A DNA stretch of 64,000 nt from NCBI GenBank assembly GCA_002269645.1, contig NIVC01003335.1:39647-103646 (forward strand), in the 5' to 3' direction. The notes below the pieces were generated by a model. The model was not told the DNA's origin. It made no database searches and saw only the letters and a list, made by a program, of their open reading frames with translations. The stretch comes from Macrostomum lignano (Eukaryota). A program made the translations under genes and the position numbers. This document shows, in pieces, positions 1-11,700 of the stretch; position 1 is the first letter of the stretch, and each line of letters opens with the position of its first letter.

Positions 1-1135
1 CTTTTATAAAATGAAAATATAAATCATAAATAATAAATTACATTGAACCATGTTTAGAAGCCTACTAAATAGCTTCTCTTTCATATCAATATTGCCTGAA
101 ACGAAACAAAAGAGTGCTGTAATATTTTTAGTCATTTTTCTTTTAAACAACTGTGATTGCAATGGCAACAGCATTTCTTAAATGATCTTGGGCAAGACGT
201 CTTCTGCAAGTCATCTGGAAGATGTCTTTAAGTAGATTTTAAGATGTCTTGAAGATGTCTGAAGACGTCTTTAAGTTATCTCTAAGTTGTCTACAAGTGT
301 TGCAAGGAGCCAATTTTTAGACCGAATTAAGTCAATTGTAAGATGTCTTGAAGACATCTTTCTGTCTTATGCAAGGCATCTTTAAGACATAATTAAGCCA
401 ACTTTTTTTGATCTTTCTACTTCAGTAAGCATACATATCAAGCTACATATGTACATAAATAGACATATAGACATATTTGTACTCCTTGTAATTTGAATAA
501 GACTCAAATTTAGCAAAATTTCATGAGAAAGATTTGGACAAGAGTACAATAGCATTACAGTTAAAGTACACGCGTGTATGTCAAAACGTCTGTGCCAAAA
601 AGTTAATTTAATACACGCGCCGCGGTCACGGCATGACTGCAGCAATAAGCATAGACGTTCATGTACGGAATTTTGTATTATTAGAAACTATATATAAAAG
701 AAGTTCCAAGCAGCCTAATACATGTGTCAGCTTGCGTTGCTCCCAAAAGCATATATGTATATATTACATGTACAATCTACATTTAAGCTACTATACATTT
801 GCGTACACCAAAATTTCCATATCAATTCCCCAAGCTAGACCAAACTTCTGCTGACAGTTTCTCAGTCCACCGCAGCAACTCACATTTGCTATAGGAAAGG
901 CAAGGGCCTGGCGCGTGGGCTGCATACAAGTGATCGATTTCTAACCCGCTAATGCACGCACAAGTTTGGAGCGACTAACTCTAAACTCACCACGTACAAT
1001 TTTTGGAGGTTGTCAAATTCTGGCCCGTTGTGATCAGAGTTTGCACACGATATTCCACAAAGTTAAAACCGACTTTTCTTCCAAATTTTGTCGATAGCAT
1101 TGAATAGCGCAGAGGCAAATCGAGTATTAAGCAAG

Positions 1136-2232
1136 TCAAGTTTGTGTCCTTAGCTTGAAACTTGCGTGTCCTTAGGTGTCAAGTTTGTGTCCTTAGCTTG
1201 AAACTTGCGTGTCCTTAGGTGTCAAGTTTGTGTCCTTAGCTTGAAACTTGCGTGTCCTTAGGTGTCAAGTTTGTGTCCTTAGCTTGAAACTTGCGTGTCC
1301 TTAGGTGTCAAGTTTGTGTCCTTAGCTTGAAACTTGCGTGTCCTTAGGTGTCAAGTTTGTGTCCTTAGCTTGAAACTTGCGTGTCCTTAGGTGTCAAGTT
1401 TGTGTCCTTAGCTTGAAACTTGCGTGTCCTTAGGTGACAAGTTTGTGTCCTTAGCTTGAAACTTGCGTCCTTAAGTTGTCAAGTTTGTGTCCTTAGCTTG
1501 AAACTTGCATATCCTTAGGTGTCAAGTTTGTGTCCTTAGCTTGAAACTTGCGTGTCCTTAGGTGTCAAGTTTGTGTCCTTAGCTTGAAACTTGCGTGTCC
1601 TTAGGTGTCAAGTTTGTGTCCTTAGCTTGAAACTTGTGTGTCCTTAGGTGTCAAGTTTGTGTCCTTAGCTTGAAACTTGCATATCCTTAGGTGTCAAGTT
1701 TGTGTCCTTAGCTTGAAACTTGCATGTCCTTAGGTGTCAATTTGTGTCCTTAGCTTGAAACTTGCGTGTCCTTAGGTGTCAAGTTTGTGTCCTTAGCTTG
1801 AAACTTGCGTGTCCTTAGGTGTCAAGTTTGTGTCCTTAGCTTGAAACTTGCATATCCTTAGGTGTCAAGTTTGTGTCCTTAGCTTGAAACTTGCGTGTCC
1901 TTAGGTGTCAAGTTTGTGTCCTTAGCTTGAAACTTGCGTGTCATTTGGTGTCAAGTTTGTGTCCTTAGGTCTCAAGTTTGTACCTTAGGTCTCAAGTTTG
2001 TGTCCTTAGGTGTCAAGTTTGTGTCCTTAGCTTGAAACTTGCGTGTCCTTAGGTGTCAAGTTTGTGTCCTTAGGTCTCAAGTTTGTGTCCTTAGGTGTCA
2101 AGTTTGTGTCCTTAGGCTCAAGTTTGTGTCCTTAGGTGTCAAGTTTGTGCCCTTAGGTCTCAAGTTTGTGTCCTTAGGTATCAAGTTTGTGCCCTTGGTA
2201 TGCAAGTTTGTGTCCTTAGGTCTCAAGTTTGT
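1136..2232. repeat. Satellite of ~41-bp units (gtcaagtttgtgtccttagcttgaaacttgcgtgtccttaggt) made of two related ~20-bp subunits; decays to ~20/21-bp monomers at the right end
   Basis: Direct tandem periodicity in the sequence. Confidence 0.95.
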
Positions 2233-2791
2233 GTCTCGGACTAGCTCAAACCTGCCTTTGGCCTAGTTTACACGCATAACAAAATTATGCATGAAAAATG
2301 TCAGTTATGGTCGAGAAAAGAAAAACAGTCTTAAAGACAGAAAAATATTGAATATATAATTTTTTTAATCATCATTCTTTCCACAATAACTTGCCTTGCA
2401 TCACGTCAGCTTTATATTAGTAGAGCAACCCAACAACGAAGCCTTAGAGACAAGAACAAACCATATTTGGGTGCCAAATTTGGGACAAAGATGTGCATTG
2501 CGGATTCCACAAACCCCGAAGATATTCCTCTCAAAGTTAAATATTTTTTGCAAGAGACAAAGGCCGCATCATCAAATAGTTCTAATTCTCTGTTGTTTTC
2601 TTTTCAAAAAATATTTTGTCAGATAATTTTATCACTACAAAATCATGAAGTTTACGTAGACTTATATTACGGCAGCTTTGCTCGAGCTGAATCAACTAAC
2701 AATGATTCCTTCGTGCCAAAAACCGATACACCCTCAGTTTCTGTTTTAAGTTAGCCAACGAACCCGGTTGCGCAATTGAATACGCAACTTT

Positions 2792-5700
2792 TCACAGCTT
2801 GTCCAGGAACCGGTCCAGCGGCGGGATGCCCTCCTGCAGGCCCTTGCGCTTGCGCGTGTCTATCACGATCTGGCTGGGCTTGGTGCCGGCGGTCAGCGGG
2901 TCGCCAGGCATCACCTGCCAATGGTCGAACACGCACTGGGGGAAGCCTGGCCGCCTGTGGCCTGGCGCAGATCCGAGGTGAAGCCGAAGCTCTCGTTAAC
3001 TGGCAGGTGGGCCTTCACGATAAACATCGGGGTGCCGGTCACCTGTTCACGGGATTGATTGGCGCTTGCTGTTAGTGACTGTTGCAATAATGGCATGAAT
3101 TTAGGGTCAACTCCTGTTACTATCCGCCATTAAATCCGGATATAAGGGCGATTCCCATGGAATATAAGGGCGATTCCCATGGAATATAAGGGCGATTCCC
3201 ATGGAATATAAGGGCGATTCCTATGGAATATAAGGGCGATTCCCATGGAATATAAGGGCGATTCGCATGGAATATAAGGGCGATTCCCATGGAATATAAG
3301 GGCGATTCCCATGGAATATAAGGGCGATTCCTATGGAATATAAGGGCGATTCCTGTAGGAATATAAGGGAAATTCCCATGGGATGTAAGGGCGATTCCTG
3401 TAGGAATATAAGGGAAATTCCCATGGAATATAAAGGCGATTCCTGTAGGAATATAAGGGAGATTCCCATGGGATGTAAGGGCGATTCCCATGGGATATAA
3501 GGGCGATTCCCATGAAATATAAGGGTGATTCCTGTAGGGATATAAGGGCGAATTTCATGGGAAATAAGGGCCATTGTGGCAGGTTTCCATACGAACCCTT
3601 GAAGATAGCTAACAAGAGCTGTTTTTATTAACCTGCTCCTCGGAGTACACCACACCGCGACGACGGTTCAGCACGCCGTAGATGCCGCCGACGGCGTTCT
3701 CGGGGCACTGGATCTCACACAGATACACCGGCTCCAGCAGGGCCGGCTCAGCGGTCAGCACGGCGGCGTAGAAGCAGCGCCGAGCAGTCGGGATAATCTG
3801 GCCGCCGCCGCGATGGATAGCGTCGGTGTGCAGCGTTACGTCGCAGATGTCGAAGCGACAGCCGCGCATGTTTTCGTCGCACATGACGCCCTCCTTGGTG
3901 GCCCACTGAAATGCGGCCACAACGCTGTCCTTGATCTCGGCCAGGTACTGTACACCCTTGGTGACGTCGACAACCAGGTTAGCGCCGTTGGTGTCCGGGC
4001 CAAAGCACCAGATCTTGCGAGCCTCGGTCACGTCCCAGTTGTAGGTGTCGGCAAGGATGCGGCCGCGCTCTTTGGCGTCCTGCCTAGGCGCGATTTTGCC
4101 ATCGTCGATGTCTTTGGAAAGATCCTCGTCTAGCGGACGAGCCTTCATGTACAGCCGGTTGTGCTTGTTGGGCGACTTGGACAGCACCGTCTGCAGTGTA
4201 ATATTGTAATTCAGTATCAACAACCGGATTGTGAAATTGGCCAAATAGTACTCTATGCACTGTGCCTTTCTAGGTTACTGGTCTCTGATCTCATTGTCAG
4301 ACGGTGAAGACAGGCTTCTAGTCTGAGGACTCTGGTGCTAGGGAAACTCCTATTGCTAATTAAAGGATAACACACCTGGGTCTGCTTGAGCAATTAACGT
4401 CGTTTTAAGGGCTAACCACAAAAGCACACTGAAGTGTACATGCCAAGCGATAATGGACAGTAATGCCTCTCGCCGGTTTGCCCGACAATGCCACTTAAAG
4501 TGCGCCAGGATGCACGCAGCCTCTCTGACTCTAGCAAAGTAAATAACAAACCTGGTTGCTCTCGTTGGTAACAGTCTCGCGGTACGACACCACGGGATCG
4601 CCAGTCTTAATGGGGATCTGGGCGTGATCCTCCTCCAGATCCTTCAGACAGATCTCCAGATGCAGCTCGCCGGCTCCAGCGATGATGTGCTCGCCAGACT
4701 CCTCATTGTAGATCTGCACCATGGGGTCGGACTTGGCCAGGCGCTTCAGACCCTCGACCAGCTTCGGCAGGTCGGACGGATTCTTGCAGTCAACGGCGAC
4801 GCGAACGACAGGCGACACGCTGAACTTCATGACGCGCATGTTGTGCGCAGCGGCGTAGGTGGTGATGGTGCCGGTCTTCACCAGGAACTGGTCGACGCCA
4901 ACCAGGCCGCAGATGTTGCCACACGGCACGTCCTCGATAGGCTCGGTGTAGCGGCCCATCATGAGGATGGTGCGCTGGATGCTCTTCTCAAACAGGTCGT
5001 CTTTCTTGCCCGGCGCGAAGTTGGGGCCCATGATTCGCACCTTGGTGGCGCTCACAACTCCGGAGAACACCCGACCGAAGGCGTAGAATCGACCCTTGTC
5101 GGAGGTCGGCACCATCTTCGAGATGTACATCATGAGCGGCGCTTTCGGATCGCAGGTCTTGATGCCGATGGCGGCCTCGTCATCGTGGGGTCCCTCGTAC
5201 AGCAGCTCCATGCGGTAGCGCTGGGAGGTCACGGGAGACGGCAGGTGGATGGCAATCATCTGCAGCAGAGTGTCGCCAGCTGGGAGCCACTTGCGCATCA
5301 TCACTTTAAGCAGCTGTTTGCCGGTCAGCTCGCGCTCCTCAGCGTCCAGCTTGATGTTGAGCTTTTCGGCAAGCTTCAGGCCCTCCTCGATCGGCTGGTC
5401 CATCACAACGTCAAACATCTGTAGAATGAATCGGTGAATGTACAATCGATGGTACAGTATATAGCAAGGACAATGCTGAGAAATAAATGTGACAATAAAA
5501 ACAAAAGTCTTCCACCTGCATCAGAGAACTGAATCCTCAATAAGATATTTTCAGCCTGGGGCAGTATAAGGTCATCATGTGCAGGTAAAAAATACTTTTT
5601 AGATGTTATAGATAAAAGCGCTGACTGGTTTACAGCTCTGGTCAGACAAACTGAATCATCAATTGCAGCATTTAATTGATTGCATTAGCCTGGGGCAGTA

Positions 5701-8700
5701 TAAGGTCATCACGCATGAGCTGATAAACCAACAGGCGACTAAAAAAACGCATCAATATCTTACCTGGTAGATTGGGTTCAGCACAAACTGGATGAAGCCG
5801 CGAACGCACTTGTCGCTCTCCTGAGTCTTCACCCATTTCCTCGTCTCAGTGTTGTAGAAGTTGTCGCCCCACAGACGCTTCATCAGCTTCTCCGGCTCGA
5901 TCTTGAACTTGGAGGCGTAGATCTCGGCGAACTGCTTCAGCGTGAAGGCCCAAGCGTGCAGGCCCGAGCCGAAGCCGACGGTGCCCTTCTCCGGCGACAC
6001 GAAGATGTTGCCCATCGGGCCGCCCTCCTCGCCGAACTGGGCGATGATCACGTTGATGTTCTCAACGACTCGCTGGAACTGCTGGTACAGATCCTCCTTG
6101 CCCTTCTTGAGCGTCAGCAGCGAGCAGTCCATCTTGTTCATGAACAGCACCGGCTTGATGCGCTCGGCGATGGCCTGCCGAAGCACCGTCTCCGTCTGCA
6201 CGCACACGCCAGAGTTGCAGTCCACGACGACAAGGGCGCCGTCGGTGACGCGCAGAGCGGCGGTCACCTGTTCGTCATAATTAGGCAATAATAATAGCCG
6301 ATTACTAAAACAATATTCTCTTCAAGACTACCGCAAAAAAAACAGAAAACTTCACCTGCATCAGAGAACTGAATCCTCAATAAAAATATTTTTCAGCCTG
6401 GGGCAGTATAAGGTCATCATGTGCAGGTAACAATAATAATTAATAATTTTTCAGCTGGGTGAACTGAAGCAATGCAGAGTTAAGTGTCTTGCTCAAGGAC
6501 ACAAATTGTTTCCAGTGGAAACGGGAATCGAACCCCCGACCTTTAAGTCGTGAGTCCGACGCTTTGAACACTAGGCTACAACACCTATGTGCAGGTAATT
6601 GTGTTGAACTAAGAGTTCAAATAAGGTCATTTACTTGTACAAATTAGTCGAATAGTGGCTTTGTGTACAGGAGACTCTCCTCTATTTGTTGTCCAAAAGG
6701 TCACCTGACAACAACTTACCTCAGAGCTGAAGTCCACGTGGCCAGGCGAGTCGATCAGGTTGATCAGAAAGCCGGACTCGTCCGTTCCATCGCTGCGCTT
6801 GGACACCTCCTGCAGGGTCTTGACAAACTTCACATCGGCCTCAGTCAGCTCGTAGTACATGCTAACAGCCGTAGACTTGATGGTAATGCAGCGCTCCTGC
6901 TCGTCCTTGCGCGTGTCGGTGAACCTGGTCTCGCCAGCTCTGGCCGAGGCGATAATGCCAGCCTTGGAGAGAAGAGAGTCGGTCAGGGTCGACTTGCCGT
7001 GGTCCACGTGAGCAATGACAGACATGTTGCGGATGTTCCGCTTGTTGTCCATCATGCCACGGATTTGATTAACAGTGAAGTTCACCTAAAATATTTTAGT
7101 AAAGTGATGGGGCCATGTTAATTACCAAGAACCATAATTTAAAGCGGTGCAAAATCATAGAGTTATCATAATTTTGTCAGTCCATCTAGTAGCTGAAAGC
7201 CCACATGGTTTTTAGGGCAAGATTCAAAATTATCATCATTAATGAGATTTATGAAACAGCATAAATAAAGAATTTCATTACAAACATTTTTAACAAACAT
7301 CAAAAAAGTCAAAAAGTAAGTTGCACATCCAGTGTAAATTAGGGGGTTGCATGCTTCTAAATGAAATTTTCCTGAATACCTAGAAGCAGTTTCTTATTTT
7401 AATTCTTTCTTTAATCTTTATGTAGTAGTCTGGGGCTTTGCTTTTAAATTAAACAAGTGTAAGATGTAGCATTTTTAAATGGAATCATGCTGCATATTTT
7501 ATGTGACCAAGTTAAGGTGTTCTATATAATTTAGTGAATATGCTACTATGCATTATTCCAGTTTATTAATTTTAATAACAATATAGCAATAAAAAACTAG
7601 TTTTTATGTCAAATGGTGCAATTGACTAGTTGACTAGCTTTTAATCTTTTATTGCATATGCTTTATTTCCAGTTTTAGTTTTGCCATTATTGTGGATAGC
7701 ATCTGATATGGATTGCCCTTAATACTATGTGCAATCTAGTGCACTAGTGTGGGAAAAAGGTATCTGGTATAGTTTATACATTGGCTGCAAAAATGTGGCA
7801 GTGTTCTTTCATTTAATTTCATTAGTTTACTTACTAGATTTGCTATCTTTGTTTAATATTTGTGTCTTAAAATTTGATGAATATTTCTACACTTTCCTTG
7901 ATAGGCATCTTATGAGGATCCTATATGTTTGTCTAAATATTCTGCAACAAATTCAAAATGATCTTATACAAAAACAATATGATAGTTTGAATATTTTCCA
8001 AAAATAATCACCTAAACTATATATACACCTATTAATATTTTGACAATTGTAGATCTATACGAAACATAATCTTAACAAAATAGTTAGTGTTTTGCTGTAA
8101 GGAGGGTCCATGTACCATAGCTGTAGCCATAAGCAAAACTATGGCTTATTCCAATTCTCCATATTCCATAGCCATAGGGACCCCAATATTACCATATTCC
8201 AATAGTTCCCATAGCCATAGTTTTAACAAAAAGTCTAGAAAACAAAATATTTTGAATCAATAAGATAACCTAGTGCTTAAAAAACTGCAAATTAAGTTAC
8301 AAAATAAAAGAAACACTTGATTGACTTTGTAAGATTATATTTTATCTATTTTTCAGAGCGACAATACTAAATTGTTACTGAAAGTACTAATGCTGAACTT
8401 TTTCACATAAAAAAATAGAATTTGCTAGTGTTTGTTTGTACTTTATTAGGTATATTTTAAAAGTTTCAAAGTTGATAATACAGTTTACTAAAAGTATATT
8501 TGTTTTATTCTACCTGTTTCTAATATTTTTTCAATTTTTAAACAGTAACTATGGCTATGGCAATCTACAGAATCTGACAACAACTACCATATTTCCGTAT
8601 TTGTAGCCATAAGAGCAGCTAGCTACTGTAGGCGTATCTGTAGCTGCTGTAGGCACCTATTTTACCGTAATTGCCATAGGATCCCGTAGCTATGGCTACT

Positions 8701-11700
8701 GCGGAACACTAAAAATAATTGTCTATAAATATATTCTATAAAGTAATTTTGGTCTAGGATAGAATCTTTGCATGGCTAATTTAGAACTTAAAATTGTGTA
8801 CTTTTTTAAAGAATGTTTATACATTAACATGTGCAAATATTTCTTATATTGCAATACTTAAAGACTTCTTAAAGTTGTAACAATAAAGGACCTTTTATGG
8901 TTTGTCATTTTGACAATAAAATATATTTTTGCCCAAAGCCAATTGCTTTTACATGCAATAAAATCTGTTTTACATGTTACAAGTGCCAGAGTTTAGATAG
9001 TTTATATATATGCCAGAAATTCCAACATACAAAAGACCTGGAGTACACCATTGGCATACAACTTGGTGTACAAAAGGGCCTAATGTGCCTTTTTGGTATA
9101 TAGCTTGGCATATAGAGATTGTTAAGATAGCACATTGGACCAAGTTTGATTTGTCCCAACCAATCCCAGCATTGGTACAAGTGTAATATACAACCTTTTA
9201 AAATGAAATCATACTTCAAGTTTTTAGCAATGACTCAAGTGCACAAGTTTGTCTAATATGTATACACAAGTTTATCAAAAATATGCATGCAAGTTTTTTG
9301 CAATACATACAGAATGCATCTTGGATTTTGTACAAAAATTCTTTCTTTGCCTCCTATCACATAAAAAATTATCAACTCATATAACATAGTCTAGATCATG
9401 CAAGGTGCATACCTGAACAAAAATTGAATTATAAATGCCCGCCTGGCTGTCGTAATCTGGTTTTCATCTGGCCTCGTCCGGTTTAACCCGTTTTAGGGGG
9501 GTGTTTTCGGACCAAAAAGATGTTGATCCGGTTTTGATCCAGTTTTTGTTTCTGGACCAAAAACTGGGCCAAAATCCGGAGTAAAGCCGGATGAAAGAGT
9601 TCTCTTTGTGACTCTTTTCATCCAGTTTTTGATCCGGTTGACTTGTCGATTAAACTCTAACAATCAGCCAGATTGAAAACCAGATGAAAACTGGAAGAAA
9701 GCATATCTTGGTCCGGAATTTTGTCCGGTTTTACATCCTGTCCATTGACCCACCAAAAGCCAGATAAAGACCAATGCACAAAATGGAAGAAGTCCAGATG
9801 AAATACTGAGTTCGGAAAGGGGACTTGGATTTTTTATGAGTAAGTAATTTGCAAGACTGCATTGAGTTGTTATTAGGTAAAGAAATATGTAATGAGTGAC
9901 CAATGTGACCACTGCTGTGTTATTTGTGTTTTTCTGTGCTTTTTTAAAATAGCTGTGTTATTGTGTTTTTTAAGAAGTCATCTTTTTTCTGTGTTAAACT
10001 TAAATAAACAGCCCAATTTAGCTTTTTCTTGTGTTTTTATATTTTCTACTTGGGTGGAAAGGAACTGGCAATAGCAAGGAAGGCCACTAGCCTAGACAAA
10101 TAGGGTAATACCGTCTCAATCTATCCCTACAATGTATGATTGATGATGATATTGATTTAAAATGAAAATGTGCTGCTTGAATTAGCTGGAATGAATTAAA
10201 ACAAGAATTTCTATTCAGACAATAAATAAGCATTGGCAAAATTGCTATAGTGAATGTTTTTCACTTTTTCTTCATTTAAGTAGCTACTGTGTTTTTTCTT
10301 TCTAGCTGGGTTATTTCTCACATTTTTGTTGCTGGTCACACTGTGAGTGACATAAATTGTGAAGTACTTGTAAGTATTGAATTATAGAGCTGTATCACTA
10401 AAGATGGTATAAAAGCCATACATTTTGTGGCAAAAGCCGTAGTAATTTTGTGCCATATGTTATCCTAATTTCAATTTAAATACACTGTTGTCTATGTTGC
10501 CTTTGGCCTATGTTTAATGGAATTTTCCAAAGTTTATTGCTTATGCTTTGTGATTCAATAACTAATTATGTTTAGTTGTCTATAGTGTATCTTTCTTATC
10601 AGTCCAGCAATCAGATCAAAGACACAATAATGAAAAAGAAGGGAGTATATTATATTATCAGTTGAAGGAACAAAGACATGCTGAATATGCACGATGTACC
10701 TATTGCCTGCAATCTATACACCATGGTGGGTATTTTAGAACAGTAACTTTACTTAACATTACTAACGTGTACAATAATCACTGTTCTGCAGATAGGTAAT
10801 ATCAACCTTGGGTCTACATTTCTAGTTTTCTGTTGACATTTTGTTTCACTCCTAGTATGGAAAAATGTATATGTCGCTATTTTTTCTGTTGTCCCCAATT
10901 TTATAAGTGAGTTTTTTTTCTGCGCCTATTTCTTCGTGTAGCTGGAAGTTTTTCTTCTGTGAAATTTCTAGTTTTTCTGCCTAGTACTAATTTGTAGCCG
11001 CCTAAAAGATAGTGTGTCATCTCATTCTCCATTTCTCCTGATTTGTCCACCCAATATGAGGTTTTGCCATTCTATTTTTGACTCAAGCATGTCTTGTGTA
11101 TTTGCATTTTTAGCGACATGCAACTTTAACAATTATCTTTGGTTTCATACATGCGCAACTTCCAAAATTTGGTCGGCTGTGCAACTTAGTTTTAACAAAA
11201 ATGCGACATGGTTTTTTGGCCAAAAATGCGACTTACATGTAAAAAAACCAACGCAACTTTGGGTTAACGGCAAGAGTAACTATGACTGTCTTATTAAAGA
11301 AAAATGCCTTGTCATCTACTTAGTACTACTTTTGTATTTATTTGGGTGGGCATTTTTGCGACTTACATTGGTTGGCCGCCAAATCGGTCGGCCGACTATT
11401 GCGCATGTATGTTCGGTTTCAATATTCGGTACAAAAAAACCAATGCAACTTTGGGTTAACAGCAAGAGTAACTATGACTCTCTTATTAAGGAAAAATGCC
11501 TTGTCATCTACTTAGTACTACTTTTGTATTTATTCGGGTGGGCATTTTTGCGACTTACATTGGTTGGCCGCCAAATCGGTCAGCCGACTATTGCGCATGT
11601 ATCTTCGGTTTCAATATATTCAGCTTCCACTACTCTATCTAGCAAAGTGAATTAAAGGTTGGCCACCCTCTGTGCAAGTGCAATATACCTTGCTTTCTTT

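Noticed and set aside
2301-2376. ATGATGA...CTGA pair on the minus strand downstream of eEF2
   Set aside because: AT-rich, not intronic, no terminal stem, and the pre-D sequence matches 18S in sense rather than antisense orientation
3813-7121. Plus-strand ORFs of 100-266 aa overlapping eEF2 exons
   Set aside because: Antisense shadows of GC3-rich eEF2 codons
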